DNA from: Candidatus Oxydemutator sp.
GTDB taxonomy: Bacteria; Pseudomonadota; Gammaproteobacteria; Poriferisulfidales; Oxydemutatoraceae
Reading direction: 5' to 3'
Assembly (NCBI GenBank): GCA_965203445.1
Contig: OZ241883.1
Location: 1,952,001 to 2,016,000 of the forward strand
DNA: 64,000 nucleotides
The notes below the pieces were generated by a model. That model had not been told where the DNA came from. It saw only the letters and a list, made by a program, of their open reading frames with translations, and made no database searches. The position numbers were made by a program, and so were the translations under genes. Below are positions 1 through 9,878 of the stretch, in pieces (positions within the stretch are counted from its first letter, which is position 1; each line of letters begins with the position of its first letter).

Positions 1-1792
1 CGAGCCGCAGGTCGTTCGGCACGAAGTCGCGCTCGAGGAAGCGCTCGACCACCGGATGGCGCCCGCCGCGTATAGTTATGCCCGCGCGCTCGAGGAAGCG
101 CGGGCGCTTGTAGCCGTGGAGCCGCGCGCACCAGGCGAGCGCCGCCAGTACGTCGAGCGCCGCCAGCGCGCGCGCGCATTGTCCCAGTTGCGGCAGGCGC
201 GGCACTATGCCTTCGAGCAGCTTGCGGTAGATTTTCTTCTCCTTCGCCAGCGCGCGTTCGCGCGCCGTGATCACGCGGCTCTCGAAGTCGCGCAGCCGCG
301 GTAGCGTGAAGCGCTCGGTGTTCTTCAGCGTCTGCGTGCGGCGGTAGTCTTGCGGCACCTGGCCGGACTGCGATTTCGGCACTTCGATGTAGTAGCCGTG
401 TACTTTGTTGTAGGCGACGCGCAGACTGGCGACGCCGGTGCGCTGCTTCTCGTTGTTCTCCAGCTCGAGCAGGTAGTGGTCGGCGTTGCGCACGAGGTCG
501 CGCAACTCGTCGAGTTCGGCATCGTAGCCTTCGGCGATGACGCCGCCGTCGCGTACCGTCGCCGGCGGTTCCTCGACGATTGCGCGGCGCAGCTCCCCGG
601 CCAACCGAGGTTGCGCCTCGAGATTCCCGCCGATGCGCCCTAGCAGCGCGGCGTCGCTTTCGGCTATCAGCGGCGCGATCTCCGGCAGCAGCTCGAGGGT
701 CGCGCGCAATCCCGTCAGGTCGCGCGGACGCGCGCTTAGCAGCGCTAGGCGCGACGCGATGCGCTCGACGTCGTTGATCTTGCCGAGCAGCTCGCGCAAG
801 GCTTCGAGGTCGGCGGAGTCGCCGTCCAGCAGCCACGTGATCGCCTCCTGGCGCGCCTCGAGGCGCTTGCGATCCTTCAGTGGCTGTCCGAACCAGCGCC
901 GCAGGCAACGCGTGCCCATGGCCGAGCACGCGTGGTCGTGCACCGCTATCAGCGTGTGTTTGTCGTTCCCCGACATGGATTGGTCGATTTCCAGGCAGGC
1001 GCGGCTGGTCGCGTCCAGTTCGACGTAGTCCCGCTCGCGCTCGACGCTGATGCCGCGCAGATGCGGCAGCGCCGATCTTTGCGTGTCCTTGGCGTAGCGC
1101 AGCAGCGCGCCGGCGGCGCACACGCCGGCGCGCAGGTCCTCGCAGCCGAAGCCGGCGAGGTCTTGCGTCTGCAACTGCCGGCATAGCTCGTCACGGCAGT
1201 CGTCGTAGTCGAAATGCCACGGCGGTTGCGCGTGCGTGTCGCCCGGCAGCTGTCGGCACTGATCCTCGCTCGTCAGAATCTCGGCGGGTCGCAGGCGTTC
1301 GAGCTCGCTCATCAACGCCGCCTCGTCGCCGCATTCGCGCAGTACGAAACGCCCGCTGCTCAGTTCGAGCACCGCGAGGCCGAAGACGCCGTCACTGCGA
1401 TGGATCGCGGCCAGCAGGTTCTCGCGGCGCTCCTGTAGCAACGCCTCCTCGGTCAGCGTGCCCGGGGTGACGATGCGCGTGATCTCGCGCCTGACCGGGC
1501 CGCGCGCGCCCCTCGAGTCACCGATCTGGTCGCAGATCACGACCGAGTTGCCCAGGCGTACCAGGCGCGCGATGTACGAATCCGCCGAGTGCACCGGCAC
1601 GCCCGCCATCGGAATCGGATTGCCGCTCGATTGGCTGCGTGAAGTCAGCGTGATGTCGAGCAGGCGCGCGGCCTGCTCGGCGTCGCCGTAGAACAGCTCG
1701 TAAAAATCGCCCATCTGGTAGAACAGCAGCCAGTCGGGATACTCCGACTTGAGCTTCAGATAGCGTTGCATCGAGGGTGTGTGCTTTTCCAT
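1..1792 (-). CDS. mutS: DNA mismatch repair protein MutS (5' part; runs off the left edge)
   Basis: Manual translation from ATG at 1792: MEKHTPSMQRYLKLKSEYPDWLLFYQMGDFYELF...IPMAGVP...VTPGT, the MutS N-terminal signature. Absent from the ORF track because the stop lies outside the window. Confidence 0.95.
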   Translation of the reverse strand, partial: MEKHTPSMQRYLKLKSEYPDWLLFYQMGDFYELFYGDAEQAARLLDITLTSRSQSSGNPIPMAGVPVHSADSYIARLVRLGNSVVICDQIGDSRGARGPVRREITRIVTPGTLTEEALLQERRENLLAAIHRSDGVFGLAVLELSSGRFVLRECGDEAALMSELERLRPAEILTSEDQCRQLPGDTHAQPPWHFDYDDCRDELCRQLQTQDLAGFGCEDLRAGVCAAGALLRYAKDTQRSALPHLRGISVERERDYVELDATSRACLEIDQSMSGNDKHTLIAVHDHACSAMGTRCLRRWFGQPLKDRKRLEARQEAITWLLDGDSADLEALRELLGKINDVERIASRLALLSARPRDLTGLRATLELLPEIAPLIAESDAALLGRIGGNLEAQPRLAGELRRAIVEEPPATVRDGGVIAEGYDAELDELRDLVRNADHYLLELENNEKQRTGVASLRVAYNKVHGYYIEVPKSQSGQVPQDYRRTQTLKNTERFTLPRLRDFESRVITARERALAKEKKIYRKLLEGIVPRLPQLGQCARALAALDVLAALAWCARLHGYKRPRFLERAGITIRGGRHPVVERFLERDFVPNDLRL

Positions 1793-1914
1793 CCCGTGGA
1801 CTCCCGCGTGATTGCAGTATAGCCCTAATGGGTCGGGGGCGGGGCCGCCGATTGCGGCCCCGGGGGAACGTGATTACGTGGATTTCCCGCGGATCTGCGC
1901 CACTGCCCGGGCGC

Positions 1915-2259
1915 TCAGCCGGGGGGCCAGGCCAGGGCGCGGCCGGCGAGCAGGTGGACGTGGAGGTGGAACACGCTCTGGCCGGCGTCGGCGCCGTTGT
2001 TGACAACGAGGCGGAAGTTTTCACCGACGTTCTCGGCGCGCGCGATGTCGCCGGCTTTCAGCAGCAGGTGTCCGAGCAGCGCACGGTCCTCGCCGGTGGC
2101 GTCGGCGATTTTTGCGATGGGTTTTCTGGGGATGATCAGGATGTGCGTGGGCGCCTGCGGATCGGCGTCGCGGAAGGCCATGCACAGGTCGTCCTCATAG
2201 ACGACGTCCGCCGGAATTTCGCGCGCGATGATCTTGCTGAAAATAGTTTGTTCGGCCAT
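1915..2259 (-). CDS. hinT: Histidine triad (HIT) nucleotide-binding protein
   Basis: TIFSKIIAREIPA start, HLHVH triad, WPPG C-terminus. Confidence 0.93.
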   Translation of the reverse strand: MAEQTIFSKIIAREIPADVVYEDDLCMAFRDADPQAPTHILIIPRKPIAKIADATGEDRALLGHLLLKAGDIARAENVGENFRLVVNNGADAGQSVFHLHVHLLAGRALAWPPG

Positions 2260-2305
2260 CGGAATAACCTCGTTCGTGCGATGGGCGGCACAGCATTACC
2301 AATGC

Positions 2306-2380
2306 TGTATAAGGCCAGCAACGTATATTCTGGGACAAACACGGTTTGAGCGCAACCCGAGACGCACTTCGAGTATGGCG
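2306..2380 (+). mobile_element. Short IS481-like remnant (left-end-like sequence plus transposase N-terminal fragment)
   Basis: TGTATAAGGCCAGCAAC resembles the left end at 3666 (TGTACAGGGCCAGAAAC). The following DNA encodes IFWDKHGLSATRDA, similar to IFWDNHGLPATQDA at ~3835. Confidence 0.6.
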
Positions 2381-2443
2381 TGGGTTTGCTCTCCGGCCTG
2401 ATGGCATCCCAAGGCAAGGGAACGCCCCCGCGGGCGTTCCTGG

Positions 2444-3628
2444 TCATAGTGCGAGAACATACGGCTTCAAGTCAAAGGGTTCACCATGTGGAATAACAAT
2501 TTCGTCGCTTTGGGTGACGTGTATGTGCCAACCGGGCGATATTGTCGGGTTTCGATCTCTTGTTGCCTTGTGTAGCTTTGGCAGAATTGTCTCGAGAGTT
2601 TCAACGCCTACCGCATGGCAGTATTCTCGATTGTCGCCCGCCAGCAATAGAAAACCTTTCTCGGCCTGTTTCAGAAAATGATGACCCGGAAAACGAAAAG
2701 TGAACCAGAGTCTTTTATTTCTTTGATGAAGCTTTGATACTAAGACGACGGCTCTGACTTTTTTGTCGTCGGCGACAAACTGTACGCGTTTGCTGCGCAC
2801 CAGAGATACCTTCTCCCGCTTCCCCAAAGCACGGACGGCGCGTTTGCGAATATCTTCAGCCCACCTCCGACGTTCGGCCGTCGCCCCAGGCCTGGCTTCG
2901 TCGGTGTCGAACACCTCAGGCTCGGTCTCGTCGGTGTCGGAACGGTCTTGCGCCGCTGTGAACACTATGTCTATCAGCGCGTCGAGACGCGTGTATTCGA
3001 TGGGGCGCAGAACAGTTTGAATTTTTTTCGTGGTTTCCGATTCTTCCGATTCGATTTTCAGGTGTACCAGATCACACAATGCCTTGGCGCTGATAATACG
3101 AATTTCCCAGGCGTGACGCGAACCGCGGATCTGTGCCTCCAAGCCTCCCGTGTCCTGCCTTCCGACGACTAACAGAATGGAGGCATCTTTGGCGACCACG
3201 TCGTCTTCGACCAACTTGGCCTTGTAGCCGACTATCGTATCGAGATCAATCCTGTAGGCGTCCGTGGTTTTGACTTCGACGATGATCGTCCGACCGCGAT
3301 CATCCGATTTGTCCGCTCTCCATATGCCGTCTTGGCCCGGGCAACCGCTTTTGCCCCGGTAACGGCCGTTCTCCACCTCATACCCCAATCGCCGCCCTAA
3401 TTCATTGACGACGTCCTGTAACACGAGGCCGCCGTCGTCAAATTTTTTATTGTTCAAGCAGTACTCTATATGCCTGAACAGTTCCTCCGCCTCTATTGCG
3501 TGTATGAATTGGCGCAGTTCCTTCGAGCAGTCGCTATCGTCCTTCAGCCGGCCGTCCCCGGCTATGGCGACAATCTGGCTGATGTTTTTCTCCAGTATTT
3601 CCGGCGATTCCGGTTCCAATAAGGGCAC
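2444..3628 (-). CDS. PD-(D/E)xK (Mrr-like/restriction-type) nuclease domain protein
   Basis: GQDGIW...IIVEVKT motif in the N-terminal half; composition visibly less GC-rich than the flanks. Confidence 0.6.
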   Translation of the reverse strand: MPLLEPESPEILEKNISQIVAIAGDGRLKDDSDCSKELRQFIHAIEAEELFRHIEYCLNNKKFDDGGLVLQDVVNELGRRLGYEVENGRYRGKSGCPGQDGIWRADKSDDRGRTIIVEVKTTDAYRIDLDTIVGYKAKLVEDDVVAKDASILLVVGRQDTGGLEAQIRGSRHAWEIRIISAKALCDLVHLKIESEESETTKKIQTVLRPIEYTRLDALIDIVFTAAQDRSDTDETEPEVFDTDEARPGATAERRRWAEDIRKRAVRALGKREKVSLVRSKRVQFVADDKKVRAVVLVSKLHQRNKRLWFTFRFPGHHFLKQAEKGFLLLAGDNREYCHAVGVETLETILPKLHKATRDRNPTISPGWHIHVTQSDEIVIPHGEPFDLKPYVLAL

Positions 3629-3665
3629 GTCAGTTTTCCTCTCAAAGGTATCGAGGGCAAAGTAT

Positions 3666-4018
3666 TGTACAGGGCCAGAAACATCCTGGACAATATCTTA
3701 GCCGCAGAAAGGTAGCCGACATGCAAATAAAGCACGTCGGCTACCGCGTCCCAGGGTTGCGTAAAATAGCTTCCTATGCAAACCGAATGGAGGCTATTAT
3801 GGCAACGAGTGCCGAACGCAAATACGACGCCCTCATATTCTGGGATAATCATGGCTTGCCTGCAACCCAAGACGCCATATGCCTTCAACGATGCGTTGTT
3901 CAGGTATCTGGAACGCTACAACGGCGAGCGCCCGCACCGGAGCCTGGGGAATATCACCCCGTGCCAAGCCATCCAAAAACAACTACCCCATTTGTCCAGA
4001 ATGTGGTGGCCCCGTACA
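3666..4018 (+). mobile_element. Internally deleted IS481-family element (353 bp, MITE-like)
   Basis: Imperfect TGT...ACA terminal inverted repeats (TGTACAGGGCCAGAAACATCCTGGACAA vs reverse complement TGTACGGGGCCACCACATTCTGGACAA). Transposase N-terminus (MQIKHVG...FWDNHG) is joined out of frame to an integrase C-terminus (YNGERPHRSLGNITP). Confidence 0.75.
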
Positions 4019-4076
4019 TCTGTTTCCATTTCGTTGTCTTTTCCGCTATAATCCGGCGCTGTAATCGGCGCCCGCG

Positions 4077-4106
4077 AAAAAAGGCCCCTTGCGAGGGGCC
4101 TTTTTT
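4077..4106. terminator. Terminator-like hairpin in the rimP leader
   Basis: AAAAAAGGCCCCT-TGCG-AGGGGCCTTTTTT, downstream of a TATAAT at 4047-4052 and upstream of rimP. Confidence 0.75.
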
Positions 4107-4142
4107 GTGGGTATTTTCTGCGCTCCAAATGCGGGGAACGGC

Positions 4143-4616
4143 ATGGACAAAAACGGCTTGGCGGCCTTTATCAAGCCCGTCGTCGAGGCGATGGGCTATA
4201 TTTACTGGGGCAGCGAGTTCTCGGTGCACCGTCGCGGCGCCAGTCTGCGTGTTTTCATAGACCATGCCGGCGGCGTGACCTTAGACGATTGCAGCGCCGT
4301 CAGCGACCAGTTGAGCGGCGTCCTCGACGTCGAGGATCCGGTCAAAGGGCCGTACATCCTCGAGGTATCGTCGCCGGGCGTCGAGCGTCGCCTGATGAGC
4401 GCCGAACATTACCGCCGCTACCTGGGCAGCACCGTGAGCGTGCAAAGCGGCGTTGCGATCGGCGGCAGGAGAAACTTCAAGGGGCGCCTGGCCGGGATGG
4501 AGGACGGCGTCGTCACGCTCGAGACCGACGACGGCGCGGTCGAGCTGGCGCTCGCCTCGATTCGTCGCGCGCACCTGACGTTCGAGGGGGGCGTGAATCC
4601 CAAAGCGGCGCGATGA
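4143..4616 (+). CDS. rimP: Ribosome maturation factor RimP
   Basis: LRVFID...DC..VS..LS..LDVEDP...LEVSSPG; first gene before nusA. Confidence 0.93.
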   Translation: MDKNGLAAFIKPVVEAMGYIYWGSEFSVHRRGASLRVFIDHAGGVTLDDCSAVSDQLSGVLDVEDPVKGPYILEVSSPGVERRLMSAEHYRRYLGSTVSVQSGVAIGGRRNFKGRLAGMEDGVVTLETDDGAVELALASIRRAHLTFEGGVNPKAAR

Positions 4617-6127
4617 AAGGCAGCGAAATACTCCTCGTCGTCGATTCCATGTACAACGAGAAGGACGTCGAGAAGGAGGAGATCTTCGGCGCGCTCGAGG
4701 CGGCGCTTGCGATGGCCACGCGCAAAAGCCAAGCGCACGACATGGACGTGCGCATCGAGATCGACCGCGACACCGGCGACTACCGCACCTTCCGGCGCTG
4801 GCAGGTTGTGGACGACGAGGACCCGGACTTTTTCTCGCCTGAGTTTCAGATGCTGCTGAGCGCGGCGCGCGACCTCAAACCGGAGGTCCAGCCGCAGGAG
4901 TACATCGAGGAGCCGATGGAGTCGCTGCCGCTCGGGCGCATCTCGGCGCACACCGCAAAACAGGTCATCGCGCAAAAGCTGCGCGAGGCCGAGCGCGCGC
5001 GCATCGCGTTGCTCTACCGCGACCGGGTCGGCACGCTGATCATGGGCGTCGCCAAGCGCGAGGACCACACCGGCCTGTACATAGACCTGGGCGGCAACGC
5101 CGAGGGTTTCGTGCCGCGCGAGGACATGATCCCGCGCGAGAACATGCGTCCCGGCAACCGCGTGCGCGCCTATCTGCGCGAGATCCGCGAGGAGACGCGC
5201 GGACCGCAGCTGATCCTGTCGCGCACCGTGCCCGAGTTACTGATCGAGCTGTTCAAGCTCGAGGTGCCCGAGGTCGGGCAGGGACTGATCGAGATCATGG
5301 GCGCCGCGCGCGATCCCGGTCTGCGCGCCAAGATCGCGGTGCGCTCGAACGACCCGCGCCTGGATCCGGTGGGCGCCTGCGTCGGCATGCGCGGTTCGCG
5401 CGTGCAGTCGGTGTCGAACGAGCTGTCGGGGGAGCGCATAGACATCATCATGTGGGACGAGAACCTGCCCAAGTACGTGATCAACGCGATGTCGCCGGCG
5501 CCGGTCGTCTCGATCGTGATAGACGAGGATCGCCACAGCATAGACATCGCGGTCGAGGAGGACAAGCAGCCGCAGGCCATCGGGCGCGGCGGCCAGAACG
5601 TCAAGCTCGCCGGGCGCCTGCTGAACTGGCACCTGAACGTGATCACGACGCAGCAGGCCGAGGAGAGGAGCGACGCCGAGTCGCGCAGCCTGCTCGACAT
5701 GTTCCGCGAGAAACTCGACGTGGACGAGGAGGTGGCGGCGATCCTGGTGCACGAGGGCTTCTCCAGCATAGAGGAGATAGCCTACGTGCCGGTGAAGGAG
5801 CTGGCGGCCGTCGAGGAGTTCGACCAGAACATCGTGGATGAGCTGCGCAACCGCGCCAGCGACGTGTTGCTGTCGCAGGCGATCTCCGGCGACGCCGGCG
5901 ACGGCGAGGACAGCCTGCCGCAGCAGGACCTGCTGGAGGTCGAGGGCGTGAACGAGACCATCGCCTACCGCCTCGCCGCGCACGGCATCTGCACGCGCGC
6001 GGCGCTGGCCGAGCAGGCCGTGGACGAACTGCTCGAGATCGAGGAGATGGACGAGAAGCAGGCGGCGGCGCTGATCATGGAAGCGCGGGCGCCGTGGTTT
6101 GAGGAGGCCGGCGACGGGCAGGGCTGA
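4613..6127 (+). CDS. nusA: Transcription termination/antitermination factor NusA
   Basis: ARDPGLRAKIAV, DPVGACVGMRGSRVQ and AIGRGGQNVKLA motifs; ATG overlaps the rimP stop. Confidence 0.97.
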   Translation: MKGSEILLVVDSMYNEKDVEKEEIFGALEAALAMATRKSQAHDMDVRIEIDRDTGDYRTFRRWQVVDDEDPDFFSPEFQMLLSAARDLKPEVQPQEYIEEPMESLPLGRISAHTAKQVIAQKLREAERARIALLYRDRVGTLIMGVAKREDHTGLYIDLGGNAEGFVPREDMIPRENMRPGNRVRAYLREIREETRGPQLILSRTVPELLIELFKLEVPEVGQGLIEIMGAARDPGLRAKIAVRSNDPRLDPVGACVGMRGSRVQSVSNELSGERIDIIMWDENLPKYVINAMSPAPVVSIVIDEDRHSIDIAVEEDKQPQAIGRGGQNVKLAGRLLNWHLNVITTQQAEERSDAESRSLLDMFREKLDVDEEVAAILVHEGFSSIEEIAYVPVKELAAVEEFDQNIVDELRNRASDVLLSQAISGDAGDGEDSLPQQDLLEVEGVNETIAYRLAAHGICTRAALAEQAVDELLEIEEMDEKQAAALIMEARAPWFEEAGDGQG

Positions 6128-8541
6128 TGTCCGAGGACACCGTACGCAAATTGGCCGAGACGGTCGGCAAGCCGGTCGAGAGCATGATAGAGCAACTGAT
6201 ACAGTCCGGCGCGCCGCGCAAGGCGCCGGACGACGTCGTCACCAAAGATGAGAAGATGCGCCTGATCCGCCATCTGAAGGACGCCAGGAGCGGCAAGGCC
6301 GGCGAGGGCCGGGTAACGCTGCGCCGCAAGAAGCTGTCGCAACTGGAGGTGCCGTCGGCGCAGGGTCGGCTCTCGAACACGGTCAGCGTCGAGTTTCGCA
6401 AGCGCCATTCGTACGTCGAGCGCGGCGCCGCCGAGAAGGAGAAGGAAAAAGAGAAGGAGCAAGCCGAGAACAAGAAGGCGGCGCGCGCGACGTCGAAGAA
6501 AACCTCGACCAAAAAGGCCGCGAGCGCCGAGGGCAAGCCCGCCGCCGCCTCCAAGCCCGCACCCCGGGCCGCGCCCTCCGCGCCCAGGCCGTCCAAGCCC
6601 AAGGCCAGATCCAAGGCGGCCAAGTCCGAGGCCGCGCCGACGCCCTCCGCCGCCGCCGCCCGCCGTCGCAAGCAACTGCACATCGCAAGCGACAAGCGCG
6701 GCAAGAGAAAGGTCAAGAAGAAGCGCAAGCGCCTGGTCAAGGTCGTCGCCTCCGGCAAACACGCCTTCGAGAAGCCGGTCGAACCGGTCAAGCGCGAAGT
6801 GTTCGTGCCCGAGAGCCTCACGGTTTCCGGGCTGGCCCAGCGCATGGCCATCAAGAGCGGCGAGTTGATCAAGCAGATGATGGACATGGGCATGATGGCG
6901 ACCATCAACCAGGCGCTCGACCAGGACACCGCGATTCTGATCGCCCAGGAGCTGGGTCATCGCGCGCGCGCCGAGAAGAAGGAGGACGCCGAGGCCGGCC
7001 TGACCGACGCCCTCGAATCGGTCGCCGGCGACGCGGTCGCGCGCCCGCCGGTGGTCATCGTCATGGGGCACGTGGATCACGGCAAGACTTCCCTGCTCGA
7101 CTGTATCCGCCGCACCAAGGTCAGCGCCGGCGAGGCCGGCGGCATCACCCAGCACATCGGCGCCTACCACGTGGACACCGGGCGCGGCACCGTGGTGTTT
7201 CTCGACACCCCCGGCCACGAGGCGTTCACGGCAATGCGCGCGCGCGGCGTGCGCATCACCGACGTCGCGGTGCTGGTCGTGGCCGCCGACGACGGCGTGA
7301 TGCCGCAGACGGTCGAGGCGATCGAGCACGCCAAGGCGGCCGAGGTGCCGGTCATCGTCGCCGTCAGCAAGGTGGACAAGGACGACGCCGACGTCGAGAG
7401 GGTCAAGTCCGGCCTGGCCGAGCACGGTCTGGTGTCCGAGGCGTGGGGCGGCGACAACATCTTCGTCGAGGTTTCGTCCAAGAGCGGCCAGGGAGTGGAC
7501 GCCCTGCTCGAGGCGATCGTGCTGCAATCGGAGATCATGGAACTGAAGGCGCCCGAACAGGGACCGGCGCGCGGCGTCATCATCGAGTCGTCGCTCGACA
7601 AGGGGCGCGGCGCGATTGCGACGATGCTGGTGCAGCAGGGCACCTTGAAAAAGGGCGACACGCTGCTGGCCGGCAACGAGTTCGGCAAGATCCGCGCGTT
7701 GTTGGACGAGGACGGCGAGCCCGTGTCGCAGGCGAAGCCCTCGATGCCGGCGCAGGTGCTGGGCTTGTCCGGTGCGCCGGCCGCGGGCGACGAGGCGCTG
7801 GTCGTGGGCAACGAGAAAAAGGCCAAGGAAGTGGCCGGCCTGCGCCGCGCGCGCACGCGCGAAAGCGCCCATGCGGCGCGCCGCCAGCCGCTGATCGGCG
7901 ACGGTTTCGACGCCGCCCTCGAGGAGACCAGGACTCTGAACCTGCTGATCAAGGGTGACGTGCAGGGAATGGTCGAGGCGCTGTGCGACGCGCTGATGAG
8001 GATCGAGAGCGCCGAGGTGCAGGTCAAGATCCTGTCGAGCGGCATCGGCGGCATCAACGTCTCCGACGTCAACCTGGCGGCGGCGTCACAGGCGCTGGTG
8101 ATCGGCTTCAACGTACGCGCCGACGGGCCGGCGCGCAAGACCGCGGTCGAGCAGGACGTCTCGATCCGCTACTACGGCGTCATCTACGAGCTGATGGACG
8201 ACGTGAAGAAGATGCTGAGCGACATGCTGGCGCCCGAGATCAAGGAGGAGATCGTCGGCATCGCCGAGGTCAGGCAGGTGTTCCGCTCGTCCAAATTGGG
8301 GGCGGTGGCCGGCTGCCAGGTCGTCGAGGGCGCCGTCAGGCGCGGCAGCCCGATCCGGGTGCTGCGCGACAACGTCGTCATCTTCGAGGGCGGTCTCGAA
8401 TCGCTGCGGCGCTTCAAGGACGACGTCGCCGAGGTGATCTCCGGCACCGAGTGCGGGGTTGCGGTCAAGGACTACAACGACGTCAAGGTCGGCGACCACA
8501 TCGAGGTCTATGAGAAGGTCGAGAAGCGGCGCACGCTGTGA
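6127..8541 (+). CDS. infB: Translation initiation factor IF-2
   Basis: MGHVDHGKTSLLD, GEAGGITQHIGAY, DTPGHEAFTAMRARG. Confidence 0.98.
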   Translation: MSEDTVRKLAETVGKPVESMIEQLIQSGAPRKAPDDVVTKDEKMRLIRHLKDARSGKAGEGRVTLRRKKLSQLEVPSAQGRLSNTVSVEFRKRHSYVERGAAEKEKEKEKEQAENKKAARATSKKTSTKKAASAEGKPAAASKPAPRAAPSAPRPSKPKARSKAAKSEAAPTPSAAAARRRKQLHIASDKRGKRKVKKKRKRLVKVVASGKHAFEKPVEPVKREVFVPESLTVSGLAQRMAIKSGELIKQMMDMGMMATINQALDQDTAILIAQELGHRARAEKKEDAEAGLTDALESVAGDAVARPPVVIVMGHVDHGKTSLLDCIRRTKVSAGEAGGITQHIGAYHVDTGRGTVVFLDTPGHEAFTAMRARGVRITDVAVLVVAADDGVMPQTVEAIEHAKAAEVPVIVAVSKVDKDDADVERVKSGLAEHGLVSEAWGGDNIFVEVSSKSGQGVDALLEAIVLQSEIMELKAPEQGPARGVIIESSLDKGRGAIATMLVQQGTLKKGDTLLAGNEFGKIRALLDEDGEPVSQAKPSMPAQVLGLSGAPAAGDEALVVGNEKKAKEVAGLRRARTRESAHAARRQPLIGDGFDAALEETRTLNLLIKGDVQGMVEALCDALMRIESAEVQVKILSSGIGGINVSDVNLAAASQALVIGFNVRADGPARKTAVEQDVSIRYYGVIYELMDDVKKMLSDMLAPEIKEEIVGIAEVRQVFRSSKLGAVAGCQVVEGAVRRGSPIRVLRDNVVIFEGGLESLRRFKDDVAEVISGTECGVAVKDYNDVKVGDHIEVYEKVEKRRTL

Positions 8542-8894
8542 CCGTTGCGATGGCCGAATCATCCCGACGCCTGCGCGTCGCCGCGATGCTGCGGCGGGAA
8601 CTGTCGTCGCTGCTGCGCCACGCGGTTGACGACCCCAGGCTGCGTGGCGTGGCCGTCACCGACGTCGAAGTCACCCCCGATCTGTCGCTCGCCAAAGTCT
8701 ATCTCGGCGTCGCCGACGACGCCGCCTCGGAGCAGGCGTTGCAAGGCGCCGCCATGGCCCGCGGATTTTTGAGGAAGCAGCTGGCGTCGTCCCTGTATCT
8801 GCGCGCGGTGCCCAGGCTGGCGTTCAAGATCGATCCGGCGTTCGCGGCCGCCGCGCGCATCGAGGATTTGCTCGCGGGTGAGGAGCGCGTCTGA
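8538..8894 (+). CDS. rbfA: Ribosome-binding factor A
   Basis: DPRL..V.VTDVEVTPDLS.AKVY, VPRL.F; synteny infB-rbfA-truB (start may be ATG 8550). Confidence 0.93.
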   Translation: MTVAMAESSRRLRVAAMLRRELSSLLRHAVDDPRLRGVAVTDVEVTPDLSLAKVYLGVADDAASEQALQGAAMARGFLRKQLASSLYLRAVPRLAFKIDPAFAAAARIEDLLAGEERV

Positions 8895-8906
8895 GGTGCC
8901 ACGCGC

Positions 8907-9794
8907 ATGGGGACGTTCCCGCAACACGGTTTGCTGGCGCTGGACAAGCCGCGCGGCCTCAGTTCGGCGGCCGCCGTCGCGCGCGTCAGAAGGAGGTTCG
9001 GCGCGGCCCGGGTCGGGCATTGCGGCACCCTCGATCCCGCGGCCGAGGGTCTGTTGGTGATCGGTCTTGGACGGGGCACGCGGGTGTTGCCCTATTTGTC
9101 GGCGCAACGCAAGCGGTATCAGGCGTGCGTGCGTCTCGGCGTGCGCACGGCGACCGCGGACTGCGAGGGCGAGTGGCTGGAGCGCAGGCCGTACCGGGTG
9201 CCGCAGGCGCGGCAACTGTGCCGCCTGTTCGACGATTTTTGCGGCGAGATAACGCAGGTGGCGCCGATGTATTCGGCCTTGAAACACCGCGGGCGGCGTC
9301 TCTATCAGCTGGCGCGCAGCGGCCAGGCGGCGCCGCTTAAGCGGCGCCGGGTGTTCGTGTATGCGCTGCGCCTGCGCCACGTCCACGGCGACGGTTTTTG
9401 CTTCGACGTGGAGTGTTCGCAGGGCACCTACGTGCGGACGCTGGCGGAGGACCTGGGCGCGCGTCTCGGCAGCGTGGCTTACCTGAGCCGCCTGCGGCGC
9501 ACCAGGATCGGTTCGTTCTCGTCGGCACGCGCACTGCCGCTGGCGGCGCTCGAGGAGTGCGGCGACGAGGCGCTTGCGCGATGCGTCGTCGCGCCGGACG
9601 AAGGGCTGGCGGACTTGCCTGAGGTCGTGCTCGACCGCGAGCGCGGCGAACGCTTCTGCCTCGGCCAGGCGGTGGGCGCGGCGCCGTCGCCGCCCGCCGG
9701 TACGTGCCGGGTCTATGGCGAGGCGCGGCGCTTTTTGGGAATCGCCGTCGCCGACGGCGCGCGCCTGCGTCCGCGGCGAGTGTTCGCCGGATGA
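8907..9794 (+). CDS. truB: tRNA pseudouridine(55) synthase TruB
   Basis: LDKPRG, GHCGTLDP, PMYSALKH.G, CSQGTYVRTL. Confidence 0.95.
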   Translation: MGTFPQHGLLALDKPRGLSSAAAVARVRRRFGAARVGHCGTLDPAAEGLLVIGLGRGTRVLPYLSAQRKRYQACVRLGVRTATADCEGEWLERRPYRVPQARQLCRLFDDFCGEITQVAPMYSALKHRGRRLYQLARSGQAAPLKRRRVFVYALRLRHVHGDGFCFDVECSQGTYVRTLAEDLGARLGSVAYLSRLRRTRIGSFSSARALPLAALEECGDEALARCVVAPDEGLADLPEVVLDRERGERFCLGQAVGAAPSPPAGTCRVYGEARRFLGIAVADGARLRPRRVFAG

Positions 9795-9878
9795 GGCGGG
9801 CGGCCGTCGCCCGGCACTCGCCGCTGTTGTCGGTTCATGCCGGATGATATACACTTGCAGCCTTACAAAAGGGATCAA

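Noticed and set aside
1-1792. mutS (and mch at the right edge) missing from the ORF track, suggesting pseudogenes
   Set aside because: Both are cut by the window edge, and the portions I translated are open
6440-6730. Lys/Ala/Pro-rich low-complexity stretch in infB
   Set aside because: A variable charged N-terminal linker is normal for IF-2
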